A DNA stretch of 64,000 bases, taken from positions 150,694-214,693 of the forward strand of contig RDEW01000050.1 in assembly GCA_011109175.1 (NCBI GenBank). The letters run 5' to 3'. Position 1 is the stretch's first letter, and each line of letters begins with the position of its first letter. Origin of the DNA: Dicyema japonicum. Lineage: Eukaryota; Animalia; Dicyemida. Below are positions 12,495 through 26,459 of this stretch, piece by piece. The translations under genes and the position numbers were made by a program. The notes under the pieces are model-generated. The model was given only the letters and a program-made list of their open reading frames with translations, searched no databases and was not told the origin of the DNA.

Positions 12495-14460
12495 TCAATA
12501 AATCAACTCCTCCAAACAACAGCATTTAATGTAACTACCAGAATCCACCTCAATAAAATCAGGTAGTCTATCATTTCTATCTTTAAGAAGCCACAAATCA
12601 TCACAATTTATATTCTCCCGTTTAACATAACTAACTGCACAATCAACGGCAATCAACGACAAACTAAAATAAAAAACTAAACAAAACTCATTATATTTAC
12701 TACTGTCGGGTCCCCACTCAATTACCCTACAGATTACAACAAATCACTACACGTTGGAGTCGCTCAGAATTTTATTGAGAGATATTCTAATGTCATCGTC
12801 TGCCTTCTTCTGACTGTCCAGAATAGAGAGGACTACATACAAATCCAACATTACTTGCATGGGGAATAACAACTTTAAAGTTGAATTTGTGAATTATTCG
12901 GCATATACCACTCCACTTGGAAGATAGCTTAAACGTCAGAATAACAATAGATGGGAGACGAACTGATGGCTTAGTTTCAACACTCTTCATGGCAAAGGAA
13001 ATCTTCTCCATAATTATTTTCCGGTCTACTTCACATGGTCGGAACTGATCAACGGGAGATCCCCTCACAACAATTCCATTTTGTTGTGTAGCAGCTGTTC
13101 TTAAGAATTCGAGGGGAGAAGGTTGGAGTTGAGACAAAACAAACTGATAGTCCGCATTTACAGTCAAATCAATACTGTTGAGCTTGCTGACGAAATAAAC
13201 CGCCAAATCAATGGTTGGTTTTTCAATTCTATTAAGCATAATCTCACCAATGACAGTATTAAACGTATTATTGAGGGGATCTACTAATGAGAGACAAGAT
13301 TACTAGACATTGGCCGGACAGTGTTGAGGAAATCCACCACATTTGATAATAGGTGAGGAAATGATTGCAAAATAGACCAATCTACCACTCCTCTGTCAAC
13401 CAGGTCAGTTAATAAAAGAATAAACACGTGGATAACTGACTCTTTAGCAGAATCATCACTATTGGACATGACATTCCGAATCACAAAGGAAATGAGGGAA
13501 AAGATGGACAATTTGCCATCAATTTGCTCTAAATTATTAAACTGGTTAATACCACAGAATCTGAGTGCAATTATGAGGACGACCACAACAAGACAAGATC
13601 TCTGGACATCCATGGTTCCCTCAAAAGTCTTCCCTTCCATTTGAGAGATAAGAGTCACAGCGGTGCTCTTCAGAGTCACAAGAAATTCAGAATTGTTCTG
13701 GTGGCTAGCTGACAAGAAAAATAATACCTGGGAGAGAATACACGGTAGAGAGTATCGAACAAACATGGATTGGGATTTCCTCTGAGCAGGAAGACCCGCC
13801 CAGTTACTTTGCCCGAGCTGATAACAACACTAGAAATTAATAGACAGCTACCTCATTAAATTGAAGAATACCCCCTCAACCGGAACTTTAGAGTACATAA
13901 GAAAGAGTTTGTTGTATGCAAAGACTATAATGAGGACTAAAACTACATTTTTGAGGGTCACACTTCAACGCTTTGAAATAGTAGCCCTCGCAGACTGAAA
14001 ATTCTTCGGAACCACAATCATAGAGGTATCTAACTGAGACTTACAAATAAAAGATACATAAATCTCCGAGGACGATGTATATTCTGTACAAAGCTGGGGG
14101 ACACGTGTCTGTCCAGGGCAGTTTCATGAACCGAGTGTACAGAGACACGGCGTTCCTTATGAACTGGACGTAGTTTGTCATAAAATCCCCCAAATTGTGT
14201 TTCCTGCAGACACTGATTATATTGTAAATGGATTTATTCCACAAAATTGTGTCAATACAATCAAAAAGATCACATGTAATCTGCTGAACACACATAAATT
14301 CAAGTCTACATTGATATAAGGATTACTGATTGAGAAGACATGTGAATTCAGAAGTAAAAAATAGACTAGGTCCATTTGAATGATTCTTTACATAGACCTC
14401 TATTCGTTGAGCTAATTCTTGAATACTATGATATGATTAAACTGCTTACTCGTCACCCAT
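12495..14460 (-). CDS. SMG5: SMG5-like nonsense-mediated decay factor (EST1/TPR domain plus degenerate PIN), about 8 micro-introns
   Basis: Spliced translation gives ILWNKSIYNIISVCRK, YIVLGDLFRY, EGYYFKALKCDP, FAYNKL, and a C-terminal PIN-like segment (FNFKVVIPHAILSILD..KK); introns of 20-24 nt, GT-AG. Confidence 0.7.
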
Positions 14461-14604
14461 TAAACACCAACATCATGGCTCGCAGACTATATTTAAATAC
14501 ATTATATTTCCTTAGTTATTTAATACATCCTTATATGTTTTAATTTATTTAATTAAGACGCTTTGTATTTAGTTCCTTATACATAACTTCCTTAGTTGAC
14601 GAGT

Positions 14605-14880
14605 GCTTTGGCTTGACGAGTGACGCAGTCATCAGTGAACACATCACTGCGGAACCAGATCGTCTATATAGGACATACAAAAAGAAAACAAAATAAGTTG
14701 AGAGCATTCCTCATCGATTAGATATGATGACTGTTCTGTGCTTAAAATAGAGTGTGTGTTCTGTCTGAGGAGAGCTATAGCTAATATGGCTCCTCGGAAT
14801 CTGGTCAGATGAGGGGATTCAAAAGTCAGATCCATTCCCGAGTCTGCAATGTGCATACTTGAATCTCTATTAAGGATATT
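14605..14880 (-). mobile_element. L2/Daphne/Crack-like LINE RT remnant (copy A)
   Basis: Homologous to 50650-50830; CMSYIDDLV (YxDD motif) and SDVFTDDCVTRQAK. Confidence 0.5.
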
Positions 14881-15939
14881 TATGTGTCATGTATTGGCGA
14901 GAGTTTTTTTATAATTAGACTTACTTTTATTTCATAATATTTCATTGCCCTTTAGATCGTTATTAATGGCTCTGTTCACTTGTCTCAGGTCACCATTCAG
15001 GACTTAAGGAAACGTTTTACGTGAACGAACTCGGAATTTTACACCAGAGGTTTCGAAGAATTCTTCATGATGATGTTTGCTGGTGTGTCTGGTCCATTCT
15101 TGGAATGTGACCAAAAAGTTTCCAACGAGTCTTCGTGATCAGGGTGCTCAGAGGTCCAAAGAAGCTCCACTCCTTACACGCATCACTTTAGTCCCAAGAG
15201 AGACCGAAGTTGCTTTCTATGAAAAGATTCGAGTCTTTTCCATCGGTTTTCGAAATCAATTTCACGAAAGCCTCATACAACTTGAAGTGGAGTGATGGGC
15301 GGACTGGATTGATTCTTCCATTAGCTACTGCATGGTCACCCTAGATAATAATTTCCTTCTCGTAATGTCTTTGGAATTCCTGAGAAGCAAGTCAAGTTTT
15401 ATGGTCTTCCTCCAGTTTTCAGTACTGAGACGTCGGAGTGCATCTTTGTAACTAGAGACAAAGTCAACATCATCGACTTAACAATTTCCATAATATCATC
15501 ACTGTAATACTTCTGGAGATCTCGTAGAGTTAATTCACGATATACAGCAAACAATACCGGAGAGAGTGAGTCTCTGAGGTTTGCCCACTATTGTCACGAT
15601 TTCTTGCCATTTACATTTTCCAATACTCACTCATAACTATATATTTGATAGGAGTATCTGTGTTAGGGTGACCGAGTCCTGCCTGATCCAAGAAACTTTC
15701 CAGTTCTTCAATGAGTTGTCCTTGGCGGACTAGTCCGAGAATAGTCCTTGAACTTTGGAAGTTTTCTGAATAGCACAATGCCACCAATGTCACCATACTA
15801 GATTAGATGTTGATCTTCTAGTCCTGAAAACAATTTGGCTTTTGGCAAGTACGATCATGGCAAGGATCTTCCGTAGGGTGTTTAAAAGGATAACAGTGCG
15901 CAAGTTTTCAACTGATCCAAGGGGTTCACTGGTATTAGT

Positions 15940-16600
15940 GATTGTAGAAAAAAGGTCAAGCGGAAAAAAATAAAGTTGTCTTTTTTTAGTTTATATCGCA
16001 TTTTTGTGATACTACTAGCATCTTTTAATTTTTAATAATTTTTTCAATACTTGACTTTTTTTCCATTTTTTAAATTTTTTCCCTTATAAATTTTCGAAGT
16101 TTAGCGCAAAACGGAAAAAAAGTCAAATCCGTTAACGAAATTAAGTCAAGCACGAATCTTTACAAATCAGTTCAGACACCTGGAGCAGGTGCTTCGACCG
16201 TGGAAAACCTAAAAATCAAGAAATATTCCTGCCTCGGGGACCGCTACCGATTTATTCCTGTTGCGGCCGAGTCATCGGAAGCCGTTGGTCCAATGACGGC
16301 TGAGTTCTTGCGCGAACTCGGAGGAATGCTTGCCAGAAAGAAAAGGGATCAACGAGAATGGTTATGGCAGAGACAAAAGATTGGAATGGCCATACTCGGA
16401 AAGAACTCGTTCTCGATTCACGAAGCCGGCTTCCTTTAAAAAATAAATAAAATATTTTTGACAAAAAATTTTACCTTCAAAAAAAAGTCAAATGAAAAAA
16501 AAGTCAAGTGTTAAAAAAATGTTAAAAATTAAAAGTTGCCATTAATGCTATAAAAATACGATAAAACTAAAAAAGACGACTTGATTTTTTTTCGCACTTC
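15940..16600. mobile_element. Non-autonomous Mutator-like (MULE) element with long imperfect TIRs
   Basis: 9-bp TSD ggtattagt at 15931-15939 and 16601-16609; about 115-bp inverted repeats (about 15955-16075 vs 16490-16600). Confidence 0.7.
16147..16450 (+). mobile_element. CRE-like 3' fragment inside the MULE
   Basis: Close match to 44680-44976 (KKYSCLGDRYRF.PVA.ESS..VGP); A-rich tail. Confidence 0.85.
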
Positions 16601-16757
16601 GGTATTAGTACCCCTTTTCCAAGATCTGAAAAATTCCCATTCAGCAAACTTGAGAGTTTTTCTTAAAGTTCTAAATTTTATCGATATGTTGTCTGCTCCC
16701 AGAAAGTGACTAAATTTGATCTTTTATTGTTCTGGAGACCTCATCGTGAAAGATGCT

Positions 16758-19254
16758 TTATTATTTATTTAATAACCCCGAAAAGGGAACACCAAGAATG
16801 GAGTAAACCAACTAATTAAGTGATCCCGCTACGCCTCAACAGGATCGAGAAGTTTTTTTATGTTCCTCCAGAGTACCCACGGCTTTCCTGAATAGACGAC
16901 GATCATCTTTCATTAGAGTTTGAAGAGAGTGGGTTTTTCCCCAAATTTCGTGTATTTGAGGCCTCTAGCCTTGAATGGAAGAAACGACTTGTTTCTTGGC
17001 CACACAGACCGATGAAGCCGGAGCCATTATTTTTGATTGCGGCGTGGTCAAACATTGGAGGAAAAGATCGGGGTAGTTTGTTAGACGTGCAAGTTTTCCT
17101 GTTAGGGAGTTGATCTTGTATGAATTGATATTGAAGCTCCATAGGCCCATGAGGCACAAGCATACTCTACCGTCGGTTTTAGAAGTTGATTGAACAAGAC
17201 GACAGCGCATTCCGTGACGGCCTGGACTTTAAGAGCGGTTTGATTATATTTAGTTTCCTGAGACCCTTTGTCATAACGTTCTTCACATGTTGACAAAATT
17301 CATCAAAGGGTCGAAAGTCACTCCCAGATAGTTGGATGAATCTGTATGGTAAAGAGTTTCCATAAATGTTCAAATCCAGTGTATGTTTGTCTTTTCTGTC
17401 TGTGGTGAAGATTGTATAGGTTGATTTATCCCTGGATATGGAAAGACGATTCAAACTCAACCAGGCTCCCAGGTCGTCAAAATATGACTGAAGCTCTGAT
17501 TTTGCTGTACCCACGTATTTGTTCCTGCTAGCGATGATTAGGTCGTCAGCATAAGTGAGAAGCATTGAATCTGGTCTTTCAGAGCAGGGTAAATCGTTAG
17601 GAATAAAGTTGAATAACGCCGGAGAGAGGGCGATCCTTGAGGGACGCCATTTGGTAGAGACGGGACCTCGATCTTGCGTGGCCTATACAGACACGTCTTC
17701 TTCATCCGGAGAGAAAATTGGCTATCCATCTTTTCAAAACCGGCTGAATGGTGATGTCAAAAACCTTTTCGTGAGTATTGTTCTCGGACAAAATCGAACG
17801 CCTTCTGGATGTCCAGGGAAACCATATTGTCCGTAGATGGCGTTTCGGTACGTTGAACCCTTCTGATATAAATTGAGACAGTGAAGTCAAATGTGTCGTA
17901 GTTGAACGCTCACATGTTGAAAAGTCGGGCAAATGGGTTTAATTTTCCAGAGTACGAGTTTTTCCATTAGGCGCGATAATGCGCACGTTAATGAAATTAG
18001 AGGTAAGGTTTTCGGTTTTCCTGGTTTAGGAGGTATTATAAGTGAGTTCTTCCATTTGCATGGGATGACGTTCTTGTTAGAAGACAAATTAAAAATTGAC
18101 GTAATCAAATTGATTGCAACACTACCAAAGTGTTTTAGCAAAATTCCCGGGATGGCGTCAGGTCCACACGTAAAAGATCTCTTCATCGATCTTATAGCCT
18201 GTGTGACCTCGGCATGCGTAAACAGATTGATCCATGAAGTTGGTTTAGGCACTAAATTCCGAAAGTGACAATAATGGATTTCGAGAAGTCCTTGTGGCTT
18301 ATGGATGCGTAACATTTCATTAGGTTGTTAGCTTGCACAGTATTTGGAGCAGAAAAAGATTCTGATTCATCTGATAAGTTTAGCTTGATTCGACGAATAG
18401 TTTTCCATAAAAGACTCGTGGATTTCATATGTCCAATAGATGATAATAGGCGCTTCCACGCCCTATCTTTCTTTTCTCTGATGAGCTTTGTAATTCTCTG
18501 ATTTAAGCATTTTATATTTTGCAAATCAGAAGAGGTTTGCAGATGATTCATCTTCAGGGAGTTTCTTTGTTTGATGAGGAGACGAGTCTCCGAGTCCAGA
18601 GTAGGCTTGTAGGATTTATAAACTGCACGTGGTACAAACAACTTTTCAGCTTGAAGGATTACATGGTTTAGATGGTCCACTGCTTTGTCGATGGAGCAAA
18701 ATGAGGTGGGATCAAAGTGTATTAGGTTATTGTCAATGAAGAGCTTGAAATTCGACCAGTCAGCTTTCTTGTAGACCTTGAAGGTTGCTTTAATTCTACG
18801 TGAGTTATTGAATCGGCTCAGTTTTAATATAATCGGATTATGATCACTATGAAAATCGTAGGAGACGTTCCATGAAATCTTCGGGGCAATCCTAGAGGAA
18901 GCAATGGATATGTCGGGGGAGGTTGGGTTGTCATTTCTTCGGATAGGTGTCCTTGTGAAAGATTCGGGTGATTCAGAATCACCATTTTTTCTAGAGAGTC
19001 GATAATTAGACTCCCCCTCTTGTCTGCCGACTGGGTACTGAGTCATTGGAGATGTTTGGCGTTGAAATCCCCGCATAGTAACACATTTCGAATTTCTTGT
19101 AGTTTGTCGAGCTTCGGAACATAGTTATTAAGACAGGATCCCGGCGGTGGAATGTAAATGTTGAATAAGATGTTCTGACCCATTAATAAAATCAATAGAA
19201 ATTTGTTCCGCGGTCCTGTCGTGTAGAATTAAATCATCTACTTGCGAAATCATC
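16758..19254 (-). mobile_element. 5'-truncated single-ORF APE-RT LINE (Ingi/Vingi-like), decayed
   Basis: APE (YIPP.GSC, LCGDFNA, SDHNPI) and RT (GVPQGSP, LTYADDLII); no RNase H; (TAAA)n tail; candidate 8-bp TSD aagatgct at 16750-16757 and 19255-19262. Confidence 0.75.
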
Positions 19255-19439
19255 AAGATGCTCCATTAAACCTGTAAATTAAAGATTTCATCGATTATTA
19301 ATGAATCGAGACTAATTTATAATGTTAATGGATTAATCCTTGCTCTTTAACTTAAGAATATTAGCGTGCCGTTATGTGGTCTACCAATTCAAAAGGATTT
19401 GGAAATGCCCACCGAAAAAGGACCGATAGACTCCATCCT

Positions 19440-21310
19440 CCTGGGGACAATTGTATCGTGAAATCTCAGAAGATAAAATGAAGAATTGTTACTTTGATAG
19501 CTTCAGCTCACTGGAGAATGCCATCAGCTACTTATCCAAATAATCTTGGAAGCAAGATCAAGGGCTACATCCAAACATTACATAGATTCGTCGAGTGGTC
19601 GAGGGAAAACGGCTTTGATTAAAGAAAGAAATCAACTTAAACAGGATAACCTTGGATATGAAACTCCGGATCAGAACATTGAATAATGAAATAAAGGCAA
19701 AAGAGCTCAAGGCCCAGAGGTTGAAGTGGAATCGTGTGCATACAATGGTAAATAGAAATCGCACTACGGGAGAGGTGTGGAAAGCTATTCGAAATGTGGC
19801 AAAAGGCGATGAAGTTTCAACATGTTCAAAGTGATGTGAACAACTTAATAAAATTCTATACTAAAATTAGACACAAGGAGCACACTAACATCATGTAGGA
19901 AACTAAAGAGACTATCAGAACCACTCTTCTTTTCGGAGAGAGAGGTGAAGGATACAATACATTCCGTAAAAACGACTTACTCCATGGACCAGACAAAATT
20001 CCTGTTATCTTATTAAAAATCCTAGAGACGGAGGAGTCACTATCCTAACGTCGATTTTCAACTATTCGATTGACATTATTATGGAAACAGGCACTAATAC
20101 GGCCAATACTAAAACCAGGAAGAACCGATGACCCAGGCGTCTTTTAGACCTGTCACTGCTATGTTCAATGTCAAAAATTCTGGAGAGGCTTGTGCTTGGG
20201 AGAATAAAAGAATTTTTACCAGAAAAGAATTTTCAACATGGATTCAAAAATAAAAGATCCACGTCTACATACTTGCAAACATTGACCAAATTCATTCGAG
20301 TCGGATTCACAACCAAGCCGAGACACTTTAAAACAGTGCTCTGCTCGATTGACATACATTGACTCAGTCTCGAAGAAGATTCTTTCGAGAAAAATGTTTC
20401 AGTCGGAGATCCCAGGGAAGCTAAAGCTTTGGATTATTAACTTCCTAAGTGGACGAAGGGGACGTGTTTGCCTCGGAGGTCTGAAATCAATCTCACGGCT
20501 CCTCCCAAACGGAGTCCCTCAAGGATAGCCTTTATCTCTTGCTCTGTTTAACCTCTTTCTGGCTGATATCCCGAGTCTTGAATCTGAGAATGATGTTCTA
20601 CTATCCTATGCGGATGATATTGTGTTGGCTTCGCGAGATCAGGACATCCAAAAGGCTACAGAAAGAATACAAATTAACCTGGACAGGCTTAGTGCCTGGA
20701 TAATGGAAAACTCACTCGTGTGAATGCAGAGAAGTCGTCTACGTCACTATTTACCTCTGACAAACGATTGGGAAGGAAGACAGTCACCTTGAGGTTAAAC
20801 AAGGTCGGCATCTTTTTCCACAGATGTCAAAGGATCTTGGGTCTGACAATTGATGTGCATCTCTGTTTGACAAGTAGAAAACATTCTATTGAAATGCGAG
20901 AAGAAACTGAACGTATTGAAAGTTTATCGGAATATGGAAGAGTGGTACTCACCCAGTCTTGATGAGCGTGTACAAACAGTACATCGAGCCATGTTTCTCA
21001 TATGCATGCGCCTCGTGGGGACAGTCCATATTTTGGACAAATATGAGGAAAATTGAGGAAATGCAAAGAGGGCTTACAGAGTAACGGAGCGTTGGATTTG
21101 TGAAGATCACCGAACCAGACCTACGCCTCTGGAAGCCCTTATGAGACTAGACTCCAGATCACGGGAGAAGGTGGCCCTGAAAATTCAAGCACCCGTCCTT
21201 TACGTTCATGCGCGGGCACGAAGGAAGAACACTGGGCAAAGATGAGGGCTCTGTTAGAATGCATCGGATCACGTGATAATTAGTTTGGTTTTACCGTGGT
21301 CTTGGTTAAA
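19440..21310 (+). mobile_element. Decayed Ingi/Vingi-like LINE (RT and 3' end)
   Basis: MSKILERLVL..NFQHGF..RST, GVPQG, LSYADDIVL; 3' end ggatcac..ggtcttggttaaataaa. Confidence 0.75.
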
Positions 21311-21509
21311 TAAATTTAAAAAATGGTCTTTAACTCAGTCAGTTGTGCAAAAATAATTCGACTGTTGTGGATATGTGTTACACACGAGACTATTTGTTCT
21401 ACTAGGTTTTTCCAGCATCCTCGTTGCAGGCCATACTCCTAAGTATATCGATTTTATTCATTTTTTATTCGTTTTTTTACACTTTGAATGTTTTTAGCAA
21501 CAAGAATTG

Positions 21510-22500
21510 GCAAGGTTGTGCGTGGTCGGCCGAGGAATGCTGACTTGTCGTATGTGCGTAATATCATTCCATCTCACAATCAGCAGGGGCTGCTGTATCG
21601 ACTCTCAGGATATTCCGAATAAACCCCAGTGTGCTTCAGTGATGTCAAACTGACAAGTAAACTGTTGAATATCTCTTAAAAGATTTTTACTATTTTTGTT
21701 TCGAATCAGGAAGTTTGGTTGTCTTGGGAAATGCGCAAAAGGTGTAAGTTCAGAATTTGATGCACCTATTCGTTGGCTTAACGAAAACATTAATTTAGAA
21801 TACAGTCTTTACTTTTTGGCCACATAACCAGTTCATCCACAGTTTACTAAGTGCGTCAGTCAACAACATCTTTTTACGAATAATGCTTTCACTGTCGCCC
21901 AGAAAGTGTTCTAACTTTTTTGAGAGTCGCCATTTTTTTCTGTTTGTTTCACCTCTCAACAAATTGTTATGAGGTTTTTTCCTTGTTAACTTGTAATAAC
22001 TAAGGTGCTATGTTGAGTAGTTCTTCTAGTGTCGACTCATCACGGGAGATGAAGTCTACGTCGTCAGCATATACTACTTCAGTTATCAATCAGTCTTGAC
22101 TAGTTTCTTCAGATCTCTCAGTACCGTTTTAAGAATGGCAATGAATATCACAGAAAATATTGAGTTGCCTGTAGGTGTTCCAATAGTTGTTCTTGAATGT
22201 GTGGATCCAATATTCACAGTCTTGAGGATTTCCATTAGTGTGTCACTTTTGATCGTATCAAATGGGCGACTCATGCCAATACCCAATATTGCGGTCGTCA
22301 TTTGAATTTTTGAGATATGAAATAGCCAAATATGCCCCCATATTACACATGCAGTTGATCTTCTTGACCTGAATCCGCTTTGACTTACCGACAAGTAGTT
22401 ATTGAGCTTTAATGCGTTTTAACATCAACAGATAAAAAAGTTTCCTTAGCGTATTCAAGAGTATGATTATACAAATATTGTCGAAGAGACTGTGGGCTGT
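21510..22500 (-). mobile_element. RTE-like LINE remnant
   Basis: SQSGFRSRRSTA.VIW.H, YADDVDF, FLGRPRTTL. Confidence 0.65.
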
Positions 22501-22769
22501 AGGATTTTTGAAAAAGATCAATGTTCACTTTGCAATAGATAGTGTGGTATTAGTGTATAACAGTTAGATTATTATCATTGATACCTCTTGTATTTAATCA
22601 GTTCATCATTGAAGTTATCTGGGTCCGTGGAAATACTATTTTAAATTTTTATAACATTTAAAATTTGATGTTATGTTGTTTGGTGGTAGTGTTTTCTCCC
22701 TTAAATAGCTGGAACTATTGACGGACTATTTCAGTTATGCTTACAATTGTCTTCCCAGAATCGTTATAC

Positions 22770-23030
22770 ACAATTAGTTTTATGTTGTCGTCCACCTTAA
22801 AGAATGGAGTGGCTGTTTCCCCCTGATAATTGCCAGAGAAATGGAATAACCTTGGACCAAGGATATGCTTCTAAGCAAGCTGAGGATCAGAAGAGAAAGA
22901 AGTGCTGAATCATTACAGAGGATCACTTTTTTGTCCTGTTTGCTGTTAAAACGTCAAGAATCCTTGGCCCACAAGCTGACGATCTAGTGCGTCGGATCGG
23001 CTCAATGATCCGAAGGGTCATCAGACATTC
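22770..23030. mobile_element. Two short CRE-like fragments in opposite orientation
   Basis: Minus strand ISLAIIRGNSHS (about 22770-22850); plus strand REL segment (about 22860-23030). Confidence 0.5.
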
Positions 23031-23993
23031 CTGTATATATAACTTTAATCTTTTTTGATCAATGTCCTTCAAGGATAATATAAAATTATGGATGGATTCA
23101 AAATACCACCCTTTTATGTGGATGGTATAAGAACAATTGCACAGTCACTACAACACATGAATAGCTAATTCAGGTAACCTCCCACACTTCAAACTAATTA
23201 GTTTATCAGCATTTTGACTTTCTCGTTAAGTTTGACAGAAAATACAATTATTCTTTTCTAACTACACAATGCCCAATAAAGGCAAACTTATATCGATTGA
23301 AATGCCGCTATTCGATAAAAGAAACACAGTATACGGAGAATTGGGGGCACTAAGACAACTCTCATTCCAAATTCAAACAAGAATTACTTCAAAATACATT
23401 AAAGCTTCGGTTGCAACAGGCTTTTAGAGTAACCACCACCGAACATATGTGAAAGCATAATCACTCTATTTCTACAAGATAGAGTTCATTGGCACGTTTT
23501 TTATTGTGAACGTCAAAACCTTCCTTTACAAACCTACATAAAGAAAATCGGCATCGAATTTGTGTCCTTGCTCAAAGAGCACCTTCTGTCATCGGCTGTC
23601 TTCAATTTCCCCGTTACACTAGAACACATTAATCTCTATGTTGGTTTTGGCTGTTACAATTCTTCTATTACCCACCAATCTCCTACACTTAAAGGTACAG
23701 AAAGTAAATAAAATTAAAGATCATACAATTAATTTTTGAAACACATCTTTTAGTACAAACAGATGATTTATAATTGACATTACTGTTCTTATTTCTTAAA
23801 ATAGTAGGGTGGGTAATGAAAACACTACCTACTCCTTATCAGAAGAGCTGCTTCTTTAGATGATTTATAACCAAGAAACACTATAATGAAATCAAATTAG
23901 GAATTCCAATTAGCTCCTAATATTTCTCTAAGTGGCCACATTTACGTTATAAATTAGAGAAATACACAAAAAGTAGAATTAGGTTTAAAATGA

Positions 23994-25173
23994 TTATAAA
24001 TATTTTCTGCACTCAATGATAGTTGCTACCAGCTTAAAGCGGGTCCTAGACAGATCCCTGACAGACTAAATTCAGAATGACATACACCTTAAGATACTCC
24101 TCCAACTCCACTCTTCCTTTCTTAAGAGCATCCCCCAAATAGTAAATTGAATCTTCGAGAGCGCTCTCTTCACACATCAAATTGAATATTCTAACAATCC
24201 TCACATAAAACAACTGTTTGTGAAGAGGATAAGCTGGAGTATACAAATCCGTTAGATTTTGGGATGTGTCCACGTTGACGGACGAGAGAGTTTGAATCTC
24301 TTGGGAGAGAACATTCCTTTTATTAAGGCAAAAGTTAATTCCAGACTGCATTTCATTCATCATCTCAGTGAGAATAGATTGACGAGAGATCAGTTCTTGC
24401 TTCTTTGAATACATCGAGTTAACGTCCATCTAACAATCAAATGGGGACAACAACCATCAATTGAGATTCCACATTGGATTTGACTCGGGACAGTCTCTCA
24501 GAAGCAGCGGAAATAAGAGAAAGTCGAATAACATCACCAATTGAGCCTCCACGTTGATTCGAAGTTGTGTCTGGATACGGGGTACTGTGAGAGTGATCAA
24601 GTCTTTGCTGACTAGAAACTGAACGGTGATAAAAGTCCCAACCTTTCTTATAAACGGGTATTTTCATACTGAAAACCTCCTGTAGGTGGTAACAAAGGTC
24701 CCTTATGGTTGAGGAGTCATTCTAAAATTGAATAATTAGTAGGACCCTCCAATTCTGCAAATAGGGACAATAAATTTGGCCAGTAGAGTTCACCTGATCG
24801 TTTACATTGATAATCATATCATGGCTGGGGTTAACAAACACATCTGGGGGAAACTGGGGAAAGTACCGCCCAATGTAAATAATGATGGGTATGTTGTAGA
24901 CTGACCCCATGTAGTTGACAGGAATAGTCCCCTTGAGTGAGATGAAAACTTGGCTGAAGCCGGCATCGAGATGCTCTAAGAATTTCACCCACATAATACT
25001 GTTTGGGTGATGGAAGGCATTCAGACTCCTAAAGACATTGACAGCGTCCATTATCTGCCTATGTGCGCTGTTTATGTATTGGTAGTAATTCTAATTTTTA
25101 CTAAATTTACTGAATTCAATTTGTTTATTATATTTTTTGGATGGATAAGGCTGCAGTTATCCCTCAATGACAT
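23994..25173 (-). CDS. TSG101: ESCRT-I subunit TSG101/Vps23 (UEV, coiled coil, steadiness box), 4 micro-introns
   Basis: LKGTIPVNYMGSVYNIPI...FPPDVFVNP...VNSTGQIYCPYLQNW; ALEDSIYYLGDALKKG...LEEYLKSVRDLSR; introns of 20, 24, 25 and 22 nt. Confidence 0.93.
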
Positions 25174-25439
25174 TACAATTAAATACACTTTTATTTTAAA
25201 TAAATTTAAATTTTATTCTATTTAAAATGACAGTCATAAATTACGTTTTTAGTTGGTAGAGGCTTATTAACCTTTAATTTGTGGTTTTTCACAATTTTGT
25301 AGTTACAACAACTTTATCCGTCGAAATCCATCGCCACTATATTCACGTCCAACCGCCGCCAACTAAATTTTCCGCCAATTTTAACAATTCACAACACTCA
25401 TCGTTACGAAACATCCTAAATACTTGGAGTCATTTTCGA

Positions 25440-25900
25440 CCAACTACTAACTTTCTCGAAACATGTGGAGGTACAAAGGCCTCTCGCAAGATCAACATAC
25501 TGTGTCAGGCCATTCCTTTGACCAAAGCAAAGAAGCCCTAACCATCATATATAAACAATTCATTCGAACCACAGTTAACTATGAAAGTCCTTGCTGGTCA
25601 ACCTCTGTCTCCCTTATTTCTATCGACAAACTACAAAAAATCTAAAACATCGCGGTCAGAACAATTACTGGATATATCAGATCAACCCCCTATTGATCAT
25701 CTACATTGGGAGTCAAAGATACTTCCAATTGGAGACCATGTGGAAATGAGAGCTCTGCAGTTCCTCTCCAAAGCCTACAGTCCAGGCCATCCCTGTCAAT
25801 CTATGCGAACCGCAAAATAAAAGAAAAATTATTATGACAACCAGTAACCTGTCCCGAATGCTATCATCCCTCCCAGCTCCAATGACCGGAGTCGTCTGAA
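25440..25900 (+). mobile_element. Ingi/Vingi-like LINE C-terminal fragment
   Basis: YKQFIRTTVNYESPCWS, IDHLHWESKILPI. Confidence 0.7.
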
Positions 25901-25954
25901 ACAGATACACGATTTTGTTTCTGCGAGAAGCATCCGAAGACTCGATGATAATAA

Positions 25955-26007
25955 TTATTATTACCTCCAGGATCACTGGGGCAAAGAGAAAGAAATAAAA
26001 AGTTCTT
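25955..26007 (-). mobile_element. 53-bp retroposed LINE 3' tip with TSD
   Basis: 13-bp TSD tcgatgataataa at 25942-25954 and 26008-26020; the insert matches the 3' end at 58008-58060 and ends in (TAA)n. Confidence 0.8.
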
Positions 26008-26459
26008 TCGATGATAATAAAAAAATATCCCGGGACGGACTGACCGATCTATGAGAGCGACCGGCATTTGCTGCGTCCTATTTAATAGCTGCTGGCCTCT
26101 TACAAGTTTGTGAGGCCGGGGTTACTTAACTAAGAAACTCAGATCAAACCTTACATTCCGGACCTAGAAGGTCACTCTACATCTACCTTACATGCTTAAG
26201 AAATTCATCAAGAAGGGCCTATAATGGAAACCTCGGCATTAAAATACCCTTATGTGCTCCATTGACATATAGAAGGTTTTTGACTCGATTCCGAGGAAAT
26301 TACTCACTGGGAATATTTTTGGCTCTAACACTACAAACAATTTAAAAAATTAACTTTTTCAACCGACGAAGAGAAATAGTAATTTTACATTCTACATTTT
26401 CTGTCACTAAATTTTTACCAAATGGGTTCCCACAGGAATCCCACTGTCACCCTGTCTCC

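Larger units (their letters stand above)
14990..16757 (-). mobile_element. RTE-like LINE remnant interrupted by a Mutator-like element
   Basis: LGKGVLIP / ENLRTVILLNTLRKIL joins across the insertion; RTRRST..VW; TRWKLFGHI. Confidence 0.7.

Noticed and set aside
14605-14880. Segment shared with 50650-50830, first read as a partial duplication of the SMG5 5' end
   Set aside because: The shared sequence encodes an RT YxDD motif (GCMSYIDDLV) and lies upstream of the SMG5 ATG at 14460; it is two copies of a LINE remnant
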